Shown one piece after another: positions 40,494-51,497 of a stretch of 58,410 nt of DNA. Positions within the stretch are counted from its first letter, which is position 1. Every line of letters begins with the position of its first letter. A program made the position numbers and the translations under genes. The notes beneath the pieces were generated by a model. The model was given only the letters and a program-made list of their open reading frames with translations. It was not told where the DNA came from and searched no databases. The stretch lies in contig CAYTBB010000003.1 of assembly GCA_964435965.1 (NCBI GenBank), positions 1 through 58,410 of the forward strand, read 5' to 3'. This stretch comes from an uncultured Dehalococcoidales bacterium (GTDB lineage Bacteria > Chloroflexota > Dehalococcoidia > GIF9 > AB-539-J10).

Positions 40494-41408
40494 ATGGACA
40501 AGCTAGGTCGCTTATTAACAGCTATGGTTACCCCCTTTGATAGTCAGGGCAAAGTTGATTATCAGCAGGCCAAGAATCTAGCTCAAGCTTTGCTTAATTC
40601 TGGTAGCGATGGTCTGCTGCTCTCTGGCACTACGGGAGAATCCCCTACTCTTAACTTCGAAGAGAAGCTCCGTCTTTTTACTGAAGTTAAGTCAGCGATA
40701 GCTAACCGTGGAACAATAGTGGCTGGGACTGGCACTTACAACACTAGAGAGAGCCAGGAGCTGACTAAAGAAGCAGAGAAGGTTGGAGTTGATGCTTGCG
40801 TATTAGTAGTTCCTTATTATAATCGGCCGCCCCAGCAAGGCTTATTTGAGCATTTTAATGCCATTGCCCAAGCCACAACTTTGCCTTGTATTCTCTACAA
40901 CGTACCATCACGCACAGGCACTAATCTTGCTGCTGATACAGTAATCAAGCTAAGCCAAATAGACAATATCATTGGTGTGAAGGAAGCTAGTGGTAACCTC
41001 CGCCAAATAGCTGAGATTATACAGGGAGCCAAGGGTGACTTTTTAGTTTACAGCGGCAATGATAGTGATACCTTGCCTATTCTCACTTTGGGTGGTTATG
41101 GTGTGATCAGTGTCGCTTCACATTTAGTAGGAATCCAAATAAAAGACATGATGGAGAAGTTTCTTAACGGTGAAACTCAAGAAGCAGCTAGCATTCACCG
41201 TCATTTATTGCCTCTGATAAAAGCCCTATTTATTGTTACCAACCCCTTGCCCGTTAAATATGCGCTGAATTACTTGGGTTTTCCAGTGGGCAAACCGCGC
41301 TTGCCTTTGATTGAACCTGACGAAAAATCGGCCGAGGTTGTTAGAGCAGCATTAAAAAACTATAAAATTGACTTACCTTTACCTACCAGGGTTACCCAGG
41401 GAGAATAG
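40494..41408 (+). CDS. dapA: 4-hydroxy-tetrahydrodipicolinate synthase
   Basis: TAMVTPF, GTTGES, LYNVPSRTG, GVKEASG. Confidence 0.98.
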   Translation: MDKLGRLLTAMVTPFDSQGKVDYQQAKNLAQALLNSGSDGLLLSGTTGESPTLNFEEKLRLFTEVKSAIANRGTIVAGTGTYNTRESQELTKEAEKVGVDACVLVVPYYNRPPQQGLFEHFNAIAQATTLPCILYNVPSRTGTNLAADTVIKLSQIDNIIGVKEASGNLRQIAEIIQGAKGDFLVYSGNDSDTLPILTLGGYGVISVASHLVGIQIKDMMEKFLNGETQEAASIHRHLLPLIKALFIVTNPLPVKYALNYLGFPVGKPRLPLIEPDEKSAEVVRAALKNYKIDLPLPTRVTQGE

Positions 41409-42681
41409 GTCTCACCCTTATCGTTTGCTCTCTCCTTGATCCTACGGCGATAAAGCTAATAGGGCAGGAGAGGAGCTCCTCAAGCCGGTTGATGTAGCGG
41501 CGGGCCTCCAGTGGTAGCTGGTCAAAATTACGGATTTCCCTTATTGACTCTTGCCAACCAGATAGTTCTTCATACATAGGTTGGCATTTCTCTAGTATAG
41601 CTATATCGCTCGGGAAAAAGTCTATAATCTTGTTATCAAATTTATAGGCCGTGCATATTTTGATGGAAGAAAAACCATCAAAAATATCGAGGTGAGTTAA
41701 AGCTATATCACTAAAACCATTTAGCTGAGTAGCGAAGCGGCCAGCCACGGCATCAAACCAACCACACCTCCGCGGCCTCCCTGTTGTAGCACCATATTCA
41801 TGACCTTTCTCACTTATGAGCTTGCCAACCTCGTCCTTTAGCTCACTGGGCATGGGTCCACTGCCAACTCTAGTGATGTAAGCTTTAAATACACCGATAA
41901 TGCGATCAAATGACATCGGGCTTATGCCTGCCCCAATAGAGCCTCCTCCGGCTAATGGCGAAGAAGAAGTTACATAAGGATAAGTGCCAAAGTCGGGGTC
42001 AAGCAAAGTCCCTTGGGCACTCTCTAATAAAACTAGCTCTCCTCTGGCTAAAGATTGGCGAATTAGGGAGTTAGTTTCCTGAATAAGTGGAGCCAGTTGC
42101 TCCCCATAACGGCAATATTGCTCAAAGATTTCTTCCAGTAACAAAGGCGAATGCCCATACACTTTTGTAAGGATGGCGTTCTTAAATTCGAGGATTGAGC
42201 TTAGCTTGCTGTGAAATAAATCCTTGTTTGATAAGTCCCCGGTGCGGATTCCAATACGAGCAACTTTATCAGTAAAGGCAGGGCCAATTCCTCTACGGGT
42301 AGTTCCTAAAGCCCCTTTACCACGCCTTTCCTCTTCCAGTCCATCGAAAAGGGTGTGATAAGGCATGATGAGATGGGCGCGGTCGCTGATGATGAGATGA
42401 CTTATATCTACACTGTGCTTCTTAAGGTTGTCTATTTCATTAAGGAGAACTGCTGGGTTAATAACCACGCCATTGCCGATAATACAAGTTACCTCGGGGT
42501 AAAAAATACCGGAGGGTACAAGATGCATCCTGAACTCGCCATAAGGGTTAATAACTGTGTGGCCTGCATTGTCACCCCCTGAGAAACGAACCACTACCTT
42601 AGCTTTCTCAGCCAGGGAATCAATTACCCTTCCTTTCCCCTCGTCACCCCACTGACCTCCTACAACAGCTATAACAGACAT
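41392..42681 (-). CDS. purA: Adenylosuccinate synthetase
   Basis: QWGDEGKG, NAGHT, GTYPYVTSS, GATTGRPRRCGWFD. Confidence 0.98.
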   Translation of the reverse strand: MSVIAVVGGQWGDEGKGRVIDSLAEKAKVVVRFSGGDNAGHTVINPYGEFRMHLVPSGIFYPEVTCIIGNGVVINPAVLLNEIDNLKKHSVDISHLIISDRAHLIMPYHTLFDGLEEERRGKGALGTTRRGIGPAFTDKVARIGIRTGDLSNKDLFHSKLSSILEFKNAILTKVYGHSPLLLEEIFEQYCRYGEQLAPLIQETNSLIRQSLARGELVLLESAQGTLLDPDFGTYPYVTSSSPLAGGGSIGAGISPMSFDRIIGVFKAYITRVGSGPMPSELKDEVGKLISEKGHEYGATTGRPRRCGWFDAVAGRFATQLNGFSDIALTHLDIFDGFSSIKICTAYKFDNKIIDFFPSDIAILEKCQPMYEELSGWQESIREIRNFDQLPLEARRYINRLEELLSCPISFIAVGSRREQTIRVRPILPG

Positions 42682-43278
42682 TTAGGCACCCCTAACCTTT
42701 GCTTGCTTCCGCAAGTAAAGCAGCCTTTGAGCTACAGTGATATAAACAAAGACTACCAAAACCCATAAAGCAATAAAAACTTGGTTTACCAGCAAACCTA
42801 CTGCTAATACTATAACCCTTTCAGCTCTGGTGAACAAACCAACTCGGCATTCCAAACCTAGCCCCTCTGCTCTGGCTCTTATATAGCTAACAAGGAAAGA
42901 GCCAATTAGAGCGGCAAAAATGGCCACAATCTCTAAAGTGGCCCCTTCCTTCGGCAAATACCAAATCAAAAGACCACAAAATATCGCTGCTTCGGAAATG
43001 CGGTCAACGGCGGAGTCTAGAATAGCACCAAACTTTGTACTTTGCTTGGTAAAGCGAGCCAGGGCCCCATCGAGGAGATCAAATAGCCCGGAGACCAAAA
43101 CCAAAACTCCACCAAGGAGGAAGTAACCGGTGACAATGGCGTAAGCAACACCGATGCTTATGGCCAACTCAATAAAGGTGAGAGTATTGGGTTTTAGCTT
43201 GGTTTTGCCTAAAACTGTGACTATGGGATTAGTAATATAGGAAGCTATAGTCCCCCGAATCTCTGCTAAATTTGCCAT
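42682..43278 (-). CDS. CDP-alcohol phosphatidyltransferase (phosphatidylinositol-phosphate synthase-like)
   Basis: DLLDGALAR...GAILDSAVDR, VSYIRARAE; downstream of ino1. Confidence 0.9.
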   Translation of the reverse strand: MANLAEIRGTIASYITNPIVTVLGKTKLKPNTLTFIELAISIGVAYAIVTGYFLLGGVLVLVSGLFDLLDGALARFTKQSTKFGAILDSAVDRISEAAIFCGLLIWYLPKEGATLEIVAIFAALIGSFLVSYIRARAEGLGLECRVGLFTRAERVIVLAVGLLVNQVFIALWVLVVFVYITVAQRLLYLRKQAKVRGA

Positions 43279-44030
43279 CTAGCTCCTTTTGTATAACCCC
43301 TTTCTCGCGCAGGAAGTTAACTACTCCTTGAATTTGACTCTGCCCATTCCATTCAGCGATTTCGCATAGTGGAAGGAGAAATCCGGGACAACTTATCTCA
43401 TTTGTAAATTTCCAGTCGTGGTTGAAGCCCGCAGCATAACTCATTTGGGAAAGAGAACTGAACACACGCACTTTGAAGATGCAGCGGAAACTTTCCTCTA
43501 CCTCTTTGTAAACCTCGAGAGTCTTTTCTGCTACTTGGTCCCATGAGAATTTGACAGCTTGTGCTTTTCCCTTGGCAATAAGGCTTTTCCTGAGTTCCTT
43601 GTTAGTAAGAACCTTCTTTAAAGCCTCTGCCAGTCCCTCAATATTGTGAGGGGGGACCTTGATTGCTGCCTCACCTGCTACTTCTGGCAATGAGGAGCTA
43701 TTCGAGGTTATCACTGGGCAGCCACAATCCATTGCTTCAAGCGGGGGGAAACCAAAACCTTCATAGAGGGAAGGAAGGACAACACACTTTGCGTTAGAGT
43801 AATAAGCTCTTAAGTTCTCCTTAGAAACAACCTCTGTGAATATTACCCTTCCATTTAAGTTTAGAGAATCTATAACCTCGATGGTCTGTCTCCTGAAATC
43901 CGCCTCTTTCCCACCTGCCTTGCCTACTTTGACCAGCTTCAAATCCTTAAACCCTGGCTGTTCCTTGAGCCCTTTAAATGCCCTAAGTAAAGTCGACAAG
44001 TTCTTTCTGGGATGTTCTGAGCCAACAAAA
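43229..44030 (-). pseudogene. N-terminally truncated GT4 glycosyltransferase with an unrelated tail
   Basis: Begins at FVGSEHPRKNL. Has [15 protein letters not shown] and FSW. No N-terminal acceptor domain or obvious start; ~85 aa extra tail. Confidence 0.75.
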
Positions 44031-44085
44031 TCGATTTCTTTTAAGCTACATAGTTTGAGGCTGGTGCCTTTGTCGCAAAAGCGGC

Positions 44086-45210
44086 TTATGCCTTAATCTC
44101 AACTGGCTGTGGCTCAGACAATGAGACGGGCTCTTCCTGTTCCTGTCCGGTAATAAATGCTTCGGTCTTTAGGCGGGCTTCATCGTCGGAATACTGGATT
44201 GGCGGAGATTTCATAAAGTAGGCTGAGGGTGCCACTATAGCTCCACTTAACCCTCGGTCTAAAGCCAATTTGCAGCACCTTAGAGCATCAATAACCACAC
44301 CAGCTGAATTAGGGCTATCCCATACCTCCATCTTCAACTCTAAATTCAGGGGGACATCGCCAAAGGTGCGTCCCTCCATCTTTATATAGCAAAATTTGCG
44401 GTCGGTCAGCCAAGAGACATAATCGCTGGGACCAACATGGATGTTATCAGGGCCAATATCATAGTCTAACTGCGAAGTAACAGCATTTGTCTTGGAAATC
44501 TTCTTAGATTCCAGGCGCTCCCGTTCTAGCATATTGAGGAAATCGGTATTGCCACCAAAGTTCAATTGATAAGTTCGCTCCAACTTAACACCGCGGTCGC
44601 GGAAAAGCCTGGTTAATACCCGATGAGTAATGGTAGCCCCAACTTGAGACTTAATATCATCGCCGATAACGGGCAATCCACGCTCAGCAAATCGATTTTG
44701 CCAATAAGGCTCACGAGCAGTGAAAACTGGTATGCAATTAACGAAGCCACAGCCGGCTGCTAACACCTGTTCTACATACCATTTAGTGGCTTCCTCGCTT
44801 CCCACAGGCAAATAATTAAGTACTACATCAGTTTTAGTCTCCTTGAGAATGCCTACAATATCGGCTGTTGGGCCCGGCGCCTTGGTGATAATTTGAGAGA
44901 GATATTTGCCTAGTCCATCATGGGTCATGCCGCGCTCGACTCTGACGCCGGTTTTAGGTACATCGCAGAACTTGATAGTATTGTTAGGCGGAGTGTAAAT
45001 AGCTTTAGCTAGATCTTTACCCACTTTATTTTTATCAATGTCAAACGCAGCTACGAAGTTAATATCAGCTACATGGTAGCCTCCCAGATTGACGTGCATT
45101 AAACCGGGGACAAACTCGTTTTCTTTAGCATTCTTATAATAGTAGACTCCCTGAACCAATGAAGAAGCACAATTGCCGACACCTATAATGGCTACATTTA
45201 TCATTCCCAT
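44086..45210 (-). CDS. ino1: myo-inositol-1-phosphate synthase
   Basis: [41 protein letters not shown] 45210 after GGAGG. Confidence 0.97.
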   Translation of the reverse strand: MGMINVAIIGVGNCASSLVQGVYYYKNAKENEFVPGLMHVNLGGYHVADINFVAAFDIDKNKVGKDLAKAIYTPPNNTIKFCDVPKTGVRVERGMTHDGLGKYLSQIITKAPGPTADIVGILKETKTDVVLNYLPVGSEEATKWYVEQVLAAGCGFVNCIPVFTAREPYWQNRFAERGLPVIGDDIKSQVGATITHRVLTRLFRDRGVKLERTYQLNFGGNTDFLNMLERERLESKKISKTNAVTSQLDYDIGPDNIHVGPSDYVSWLTDRKFCYIKMEGRTFGDVPLNLELKMEVWDSPNSAGVVIDALRCCKLALDRGLSGAIVAPSAYFMKSPPIQYSDDEARLKTEAFITGQEQEEPVSLSEPQPVEIKA

Positions 45211-45544
45211 AGCTCGCTTTCCCTCCTTATTGACAGATAAAGACACTACTTTGCTGCACTGACCTTAGCAGCTATCATGACATGATTCTCGGGCTCAGTG
45301 CCCACATAAATGCCTCCTACCCACAACTACATAGCTTTAATTGCTTAAAAGCAAAACTAAACTTCTAATCAACCCTGATGCTTATAATAGCAAGAATCTA
45401 TTAACATCGGGTTTGATTGTTGCTACTATAGGCAGCATTAAGCTAAATTACCGCGCCAGCAAATTTTGAGCTAAGATTCACTATTTCTCGCGGTAAGATT
45501 GACAAAATTTATCTTTGCTAGCTCAATCGTGTCACTCTGGGAAA

Positions 45545-45685
45545 TTAAGTCTTGCCAATTCTAAATACTTTGGTCCCGCATACAGAACAGGTTCCGCGGA
45601 CTGCTGGCTTTCCGTTCTTAAGGGTAACAGATGTTGGATTTTTTATATCTCTCTTCGCCCGACACTTAAAGCAATACGCTTGCAT
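45545..45685 (-). CDS. 46-aa Zn-ribbon protein (DUF5679-like), absent from the ORF track
   Basis: MQAYCFKCRAKRDIKNPTSVTLKNGKPAVRGTCSVCGTKVFRIGKT*; AGGAGG RBS. Confidence 0.85.
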   Translation of the reverse strand: MQAYCFKCRAKRDIKNPTSVTLKNGKPAVRGTCSVCGTKVFRIGKT

Positions 45686-45785
45686 GAAAAACTACCTCCT
45701 TTCTGCTTGGCTAGCATATCTCTAACATATCTTATTACAGGTGACAATGTCAATATCTTGGGGCTGTTTCTAGTAAAAACCTAAG

Positions 45786-46133
45786 CTATTTAGTGTTGCT
45801 AACCTGCTCGATTAATTTGAGCAGCCTTGCCCCCTGCTCGATAGAATTATCATAATGAAAGCTGAGCTGTGGGACACATCTCAACTTTAAACGCGAAGCC
45901 AATTTCTTGCGTAAGAATCCAGAAGCAGCATTGAAGCCGGATAGCATATCTGTTTTATCGGTTTCATTGCCCAGCATACTAACGAATACTTTAGCATACT
46001 TAAGGTCAGGCGAAACTGAAACTTCTGTTACAGAGATAGAATTACTCAGCCTCGGGTCGTTAACCTCACGCTCAATCAAGCTGCTGATTTCCTGCTTGAT
46101 GACTTTGTTTAGTCGTTCCATACGCCTAGACAT
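45786..46133 (-). CDS. rbfA: Ribosome-binding factor A
   Basis: DPRL, VSPDLKYAKVFVS, P.LSF.YD. Confidence 0.97.
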   Translation of the reverse strand: MSRRMERLNKVIKQEISSLIEREVNDPRLSNSISVTEVSVSPDLKYAKVFVSMLGNETDKTDMLSGFNAASGFLRKKLASRLKLRCVPQLSFHYDNSIEQGARLLKLIEQVSNTK

Positions 46134-46167
46134 TTGAGCCTCCTATAAGTTCTTCACCTTTTGTAAG

Positions 46168-46253
46168 CTCTGAGCCCTTCGCCTTCTGTCATTCTGAGAG
46201 AAGCGAAGAATCTCAGAGATTCTTCATTTCACTTTGCTCCGTTCAGAATGCCA
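46168..46253. repeat. REP-like palindrome, second copy
   Basis: CTGAGCCCTTCG..TGTCATTCTGAG..AGCGAAGAATCTC..GAGATTCTTC..TCAGAATG. Confidence 0.8.
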
Positions 46254-46262
46254 TTTGTTACC

Positions 46263-48035
46263 TTAACTCACCCTTTCCTTTCTATAAGATTCGATAATAT
46301 CGCCGATATAGAAATCGGTAAACCCTTCTATGCCTATGCCACATTCAAGACCAGCAACTACCTCAGTGGCATCCTCTTTAAAACGCCTTAAACTAGAGAC
46401 TCGAGATTCGCAGACTACTTCATTTTGCCGCAATACTTTGACTTTGGCATCTCGCCACACTTTGCCTTCCTTAACATAAGCTCCAGCCACTTTACCATGC
46501 TTGCCTGCGGCGAACGTAGCGCGTACTTCAGCACGCCCTCCAAGCACTTCGGCATAAGTTGGCTCAAGCATCCCCTTTAATGCTTTACCTACGTCTTCTT
46601 CTAATCGGTAAATTACATCATACCTCTGGATGGTTACTCCTTCCGCTTCAGCTAGCTGGCGTGCTCCTGGCGCTGGGTCGCTGTTAAAACCAATGACAAT
46701 GCCTTTTGAAGCCGAAGCAAGAAGCACATCCCCCTCTGTAATGCTGCCACTAGCAGCATGGATAACCTTAGCCTTCACCTTTTCTGTGCTCAATTGCTCT
46801 ATAGAGTTCTTTATTGGTTCGATGCTGCCTTGAACATCTGTCTTCAAAATTACGTCGAGTTCCTTCACTTCGCCGTGGCTTATCTGACTGGAAAGGGTGC
46901 TTAAACTTAAAGGCGTACGGGTTCTCACTGCCTCATGTTCAGCTACAATACCTCGTGCTTGATGCTCATCAACGACTACAGCAAAGAGTTCGCCTGCCCC
47001 TGGCACACCATTGATGCCAAGAATCGCTACTGGGGTTGATGGCGCAGCTTTGCTAACTCGCCTCCTTTTATCATTGAACATAGCTTTGATTTTGCCCCAC
47101 GTATTGCCAGTCACTATAATATTGCCTATCTCGAGAGTGCCCTTTTGAACCAGGAGGGTAGCTAAGGGACCTTTAGTTTTATCTAACTTGGCTTCAATAA
47201 CCACACCTTCTGCGGCACAGTTGGGGTCAGCTTTTAGTTCCAATATGTCAGCAACAAGGAATAAGTTTTCCAGTAAATCTGAGATTCCTTGCTCCTTTTT
47301 AGCTGAGATAGGAACACAAACAACATCGCCGCCCCATTCCTCAATAACTAAACCTAAATCAGCGAGCTGCTGCTTTACACGCTCAATGTTGGCCTCAGGT
47401 TTATCAATCTTATTGATGGCAACCACTATAGGCACTTTAGCAGCTTTGGCATGGTCTATAGCTTCCACAGTCTGAGGCATGATGCCATCATCAGCAGCAA
47501 CCACCAAAACCACGATATCGGTTGTCCAGGCACCACGGGCTCTCATAGCAGTGAAAGCTTCATGCCCGGGTGTGTCCAGGAAGGTGATTTTGCGTCCATC
47601 CACCGTAGTTTGATAAGCGCCAATATGTTGGGTAATAGCTCCTGCCTCGTGAGCAGTTACATTGGTTTTCCTGATGGCATCAAGAAGGGTTGTTTTACCA
47701 TGGTCGACATGCCCCATTACAGTAATCACCGGGGAGCGAATTTGTAGTTTATCTCCCAGTCCCTCGAGGGAAGGCAAGATTTGACGCTCTATTTTTCCCC
47801 GAGCACTATAACCGAAATCTAGAGCTACCATAGCAGCAGTATCAAAATCAGTAGCCTGGTTAACATTGGCCATAATGCCTTTGCGCATAAGCTGCTTAAT
47901 AACTTGCACAGGCTCTACTTTTAAGGTATCAGCTAACCGTTTTACAGTTATAGAAAGTGGGAGCTCGATTTGAGGCAAAGCTGAGTAATTTGTTTCCTTT
48001 CGATTGGCCAACGAGTGCATTTTTTTGTTACTCAA
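46263..48035 (-). CDS. infB: Translation initiation factor IF-2 (short form)
   Basis: [21 protein letters not shown]. Confidence 0.98.
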   Translation of the reverse strand: MSNKKMHSLANRKETNYSALPQIELPLSITVKRLADTLKVEPVQVIKQLMRKGIMANVNQATDFDTAAMVALDFGYSARGKIERQILPSLEGLGDKLQIRSPVITVMGHVDHGKTTLLDAIRKTNVTAHEAGAITQHIGAYQTTVDGRKITFLDTPGHEAFTAMRARGAWTTDIVVLVVAADDGIMPQTVEAIDHAKAAKVPIVVAINKIDKPEANIERVKQQLADLGLVIEEWGGDVVCVPISAKKEQGISDLLENLFLVADILELKADPNCAAEGVVIEAKLDKTKGPLATLLVQKGTLEIGNIIVTGNTWGKIKAMFNDKRRRVSKAAPSTPVAILGINGVPGAGELFAVVVDEHQARGIVAEHEAVRTRTPLSLSTLSSQISHGEVKELDVILKTDVQGSIEPIKNSIEQLSTEKVKAKVIHAASGSITEGDVLLASASKGIVIGFNSDPAPGARQLAEAEGVTIQRYDVIYRLEEDVGKALKGMLEPTYAEVLGGRAEVRATFAAGKHGKVAGAYVKEGKVWRDAKVKVLRQNEVVCESRVSSLRRFKEDATEVVAGLECGIGIEGFTDFYIGDIIESYRKERVS

Positions 48036-48322
48036 ATCTGGTTCCTCCCTGGCAAGTTATTGCTATACTCTATTAGAGCTTGGCGATTATCGAAACTAAG
48101 CTTTATTCGCAAAGCGTGTTCCAAACGATTTCTTTTCAGCCCTATTTCCCAGCAATCCTTTTGAGGACATAAATAAGCACCTCTGCCTGGCTTCTTGGCA
48201 GATGGGTCGACCTTGACAATTCCACCGTCGGTGCACACCAGGCGGATCAAATCCTTTTTGTCCCTCGTCTGTCGGCAAGTAACGCAAGTACGCTGCGGTA
48301 TATGTTTATTCTTCCGAATCAT
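48032..48322 (-). CDS. ylxR: YlxR/RnpM family RNA-binding protein
   Basis: PQRTCVTCR, GRGAYLC; between nusA and infB. Confidence 0.93.
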   Translation of the reverse strand: MIRKNKHIPQRTCVTCRQTRDKKDLIRLVCTDGGIVKVDPSAKKPGRGAYLCPQKDCWEIGLKRNRLEHALRIKLSFDNRQALIEYSNNLPGRNQI

Positions 48323-49676
48323 CCTCTTTAAAGGGAGCTTTCTTTTTTTTGCGTCCCTTGCTCTTAACCTTGTCCCTCTCCAACTTTATGCTCTTTCCCC
48401 TGTTTGGTAAAATATCCTCAGCGAAGCGAAGCTGCAGTTTTTCTTCAGACCTCTCAGAAGCAGCTTTCGAGGCCAATATAAATTCTTCACTGGCTAAGAG
48501 CGTGGTTAGTTCTTCTACCTCCCTTCCACTAACTGGTTCCGCTGCTTGAGGTTCGCTTGGCACAGTGGAAGGAAATTCACCCTCTCCAGCTATTGTTTCT
48601 AACTCTTGAGGAGCAGCCTCTGGTAAGCTTATCCTTTCTGCTTCAGCGGCAGAGGCGCTCTTAATGTCAATTCGCCAACCCGAGAGTTTTGCTGCTAACC
48701 TGGCATTTTGCCCCTCCTTACCTATAGCTAGGGATAGTTGCCTATCAGGAACGACTACAGTGGCAGTCCTTTCTGCCTCGTTGAGCTCAATACTTGCCAC
48801 TTTGGCTGGACTGAGGGCATTGGAGATAAATATTTTAGAGTCGGCGTGCCATTGAATCATGTCTATTTTTTCACCATTTAGCTCGTTAATAATACTTTGT
48901 AGCCTGACGCCTCGAGGTCCAAGGCAACAACCTACAGGTTCGATGCCTTCTTGGTGAGTTGACACTGCTACTTTGCTTCGATGTCCGGCTTCGCGTGCTA
49001 TTGCTTTCAGTTCTACAACGCCACTGTGGACTTCGGGAATTTCTAGTTCAAAAAGGCGGCGTAGCAAATTCGGATGAGAGCGAGAAACTATTATTTGAAG
49101 CCCTTTAACCCCTTGACTTATCTCCAAAAGGTAGAATTTAAATTGCTGTCCTACGTGGTAACGCTCATTAGGCACTTGCTCACTAAAGGGAAGTATAGCC
49201 TCTCCCTTGCCCAAGGTAACATAAATTTGTTTAGGCTGGAGGAATTGAATCGTCCCGCTGACAATCTCGCCTTCCTTACCAGCGAACTGCTCGTAGATTA
49301 CCCGATGCTCTGCTTCGCGCAACCGCTGCAAAACAACCTGCCTTGCCGTTTGAGCAGCAATACGCCCAGCATCTCTGGGTGTAGATTCCACTTCCACTAT
49401 TTCGCCAATTTGAATACTATCCCGCAATTTTCGAGCATCATCGAAGGAGATCTCTTGATGCGGGTCGACAAGTGACTCAACCACAACTTTTCTAATACAA
49501 ACCTTGATATCACCAGTATTGGGATCAATTTTGGCCGAAATATCCTGCTCGCGGGTGAAAATGTCTTTTTTATAAGCTGAGACAAGCGCTGATTCCAAAG
49601 CTGTCAAAATCACTTCTTTAGGTAAGTTCCTCTCAGCCGAGAGCTGAGCAATAGCAGCCATAAACTCTGTCTTCAT
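48306..49676 (-). CDS. nusA: Transcription factor NusA
   Basis: [38 protein letters not shown]. Confidence 0.98.
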   Translation of the reverse strand: MKTEFMAAIAQLSAERNLPKEVILTALESALVSAYKKDIFTREQDISAKIDPNTGDIKVCIRKVVVESLVDPHQEISFDDARKLRDSIQIGEIVEVESTPRDAGRIAAQTARQVVLQRLREAEHRVIYEQFAGKEGEIVSGTIQFLQPKQIYVTLGKGEAILPFSEQVPNERYHVGQQFKFYLLEISQGVKGLQIIVSRSHPNLLRRLFELEIPEVHSGVVELKAIAREAGHRSKVAVSTHQEGIEPVGCCLGPRGVRLQSIINELNGEKIDMIQWHADSKIFISNALSPAKVASIELNEAERTATVVVPDRQLSLAIGKEGQNARLAAKLSGWRIDIKSASAAEAERISLPEAAPQELETIAGEGEFPSTVPSEPQAAEPVSGREVEELTTLLASEEFILASKAASERSEEKLQLRFAEDILPNRGKSIKLERDKVKSKGRKKKKAPFKEDDSEE

Positions 49677-49703
49677 TTCTCCCTAACCTAATAATTTGCC
49701 CTT

Positions 49704-49730
49704 AACAAAAAAGTGGGTTTTGCCCACTTG
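49704..49730 (-). terminator. Terminator-like hairpin in the nusA leader
   Basis: Minus strand AAGTGGG-CAAAA-CCCACTT followed by a T-run. Confidence 0.7.
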
Positions 49731-49757
49731 ATTGGATATAATATCCCTTTTAATATT

Positions 49758-49786
49758 TAATTTAACATGCTTAAATAAAAAATGCA
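49758..49786 (-). promoter_or_regulatory. sigma70-type promoter for the nusA operon
   Basis: TTGCAT, 17 bp spacer, TG-n-TAAATT on the minus strand. Confidence 0.55.
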
Positions 49787-49789
49787 AAA

Positions 49790-50236
49790 ATGAAAGCGCT
49801 AATTCAGCGGGTTACCTGTGCTTCAGTAAGTGTCAGCGGTAGAGTGGTGGGCAGAATTGGTCCAGGGCTAGTGGTTTTTATTGGCGTTGCCAGGGACGAT
49901 TCACAAGATGGTGCTAGCTACTTGGCAAATAAAATAGTTAACCTGCGCATTTTCTCCGATGGAGGAAATAAATTTGCCCTGTCAGCGTTGGAAACAAAGA
50001 GGGAAATTTTGATAGTAAGCCAGTTTACTCTTTTGGCTGATTCAAGGAGGGGAAGGCGCCCCAGCTTTACCGAAGCAGCTCCACCAGATAAGGCTAAGGA
50101 ATTATATGACTTTTTTGTCGATCAAGTTCACTCCACCGGCCTTAAGGTAGAGACAGGGATTTTCCAAGAGTATATGCTGGTGGAGATCCATAATGATGGA
50201 CCGGTAACTTTGTTGCTAGAAAGCAAAAACCGCTAA
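49790..50236 (+). CDS. dtd: D-aminoacyl-tRNA deacylase
   Basis: MKALIQRV, SQFTL, GRRPSF, NDGPVT. Confidence 0.97.
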   Translation: MKALIQRVTCASVSVSGRVVGRIGPGLVVFIGVARDDSQDGASYLANKIVNLRIFSDGGNKFALSALETKREILIVSQFTLLADSRRGRRPSFTEAAPPDKAKELYDFFVDQVHSTGLKVETGIFQEYMLVEIHNDGPVTLLLESKNR

Positions 50237-50247
50237 AGATCAATTAA

Positions 50248-50292
50248 TTGCATTAGCAACCTATTGCAATAATTTTGGCGTCCTGTTATAAT
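50248..50292 (+). promoter_or_regulatory. Promoter with overlapping candidate Fur-family box
   Basis: TTGCAA, 17 bp spacer, TATAAT. TAGCAACCTATTGCAAT overlaps the -35. Confidence 0.65.
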
Positions 50293-50303
50293 TTTACCTT
50301 GGA

Positions 50304-50732
50304 GTGAGCTGTCACAAGGTTCTTCAGGAGAAAGGATATCGTTTAACTCCGCAGCGCATGTTGGTCATCGAATCCCTTCATGAAGCTGATGGCCACATTA
50401 GCGCTGAAGAGATCTATCAGCAATTACATAGTCGCTATCCTTATAGCAACATTTCCACTGTCTATCGCACTTTAGAGCTATTGAAAGAATTAAACTTGGT
50501 CACCGAAACGAATTTTGGCGAGGGACGTGTTCGCTATCATGTTGCCGAGAAAGGGCACCACCATCATCTAGTCTGCCGCCGGTGTGGTAAGATAACGGAT
50601 TTAGACGAATCTATATTGTATCCGCTAAGAGACACTTTGCTTCGCGATTATAATTTTGAAGCTGATTTGAGGCATTTAGCTATTCCAGGGGAGTGCAGTG
50701 AGTGCCGCAGGAAAGAGGGACAATCTTATTAG
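50304..50732 (+). CDS. Fur-family metalloregulator (Zur/Nur-like)
   Basis: RLTPQR, STVYRTL, HHHHLVCRRCG, CSEC. Confidence 0.95.
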   Translation: MSCHKVLQEKGYRLTPQRMLVIESLHEADGHISAEEIYQQLHSRYPYSNISTVYRTLELLKELNLVTETNFGEGRVRYHVAEKGHHHHLVCRRCGKITDLDESILYPLRDTLLRDYNFEADLRHLAIPGECSECRRKEGQSY

Positions 50733-50734
50733 CT

Positions 50735-50899
50735 ATGAGTATGGAAGGCGACAAGCCAATTCTGGAGGATATTGCATACATGATAGTTGAGGGTGAGCGA
50801 GTAGAAGTAGAGACCCTTTTTAGGGAAAGGAGGATTCTCCAGGGCGAGATGCGTCAGATAGACTTTTTAAAGTCAAGAGTGCAACTGGGAAAGGGTTAA
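50735..50899 (+). CDS. CooT-like small protein lacking the N-terminal Met-Cys (possibly truncated)
   Basis: PILEDIAYM..EGERVEVETLF.E.RIL.G....IDFLKSRVQL fits the CooT pattern. Start uncertain. Confidence 0.55.
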   Translation: MSMEGDKPILEDIAYMIVEGERVEVETLFRERRILQGEMRQIDFLKSRVQLGKG

Positions 50900-50915
50900 T
50901 TTTTTTACTTGCTTG

Positions 50916-50932
50916 TTGCATCTTATTGCAAT
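50916..50932. promoter_or_regulatory. Second candidate Fur-family box
   Basis: TTGCATCTTATTGCAAT, similar to the box at 50254-50270. Confidence 0.55.
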
Positions 50933-50963
50933 TGCACTGAATATCGCAAATGACAGGATCACG

Positions 50964-51464
50964 ATGAAAAAAGACAGCCTGTTGGATAGATATCTCTTGG
51001 CGAAATTTACCGTAGGTATGGCAATCGAATTCCCAATATTAATTGGCGGAGGAATAGTAGGAATCGTTTTTTCTTGGCCAAGATTTCCTTTCTATCCGTT
51101 AGCAAACATTTTGGGAGTTATTTTGCTGGTAATTGGCTATGTTATTCACTTGGGATATGCTCATAAAGAGTTGAAAAAGTATGGGATTCAGGCACATCAG
51201 CACTCGGCAGAAGTCAAGAGGCTTGTAACCTCTGGCCCATATTCCAAGGTTAGACACCCCGGTTACTCGGGATTAGTTCTAATATATTTTGGCTTTGCAC
51301 TCAGTTTTGGCGTTGTGTGGATGCTCGTTCCAGCAGTCATCTTCACCGTTTTGACCTACTTGACCGCAATAAAAGAGGAGGAGCTTTTGAGACAGCGATT
51401 CAGAAAAGAGTATGAAGAGTACGCGAGACGAGTGCCATGGAGATTCATTCCCAAAGTAATTTGA
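50964..51464 (+). CDS. Isoprenylcysteine carboxyl methyltransferase / PEMT family membrane protein
   Basis: LVTSGPYSKVRHPGY, EEELL..RF..EYEEY...VPWRFIP. Confidence 0.9.
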   Translation: MKKDSLLDRYLLAKFTVGMAIEFPILIGGGIVGIVFSWPRFPFYPLANILGVILLVIGYVIHLGYAHKELKKYGIQAHQHSAEVKRLVTSGPYSKVRHPGYSGLVLIYFGFALSFGVVWMLVPAVIFTVLTYLTAIKEEELLRQRFRKEYEEYARRVPWRFIPKVI

Positions 51465-51497
51465 CGGTAAATACATAAAGCATAAAATGGAGGGATT

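Noticed and set aside
45445-45500. TTACCGCG...CGCGGTAA inverted repeat as an ncRNA or tRNA
   Set aside because: No cloverleaf or recognisable RNA family features. It is only an 8-bp stem.
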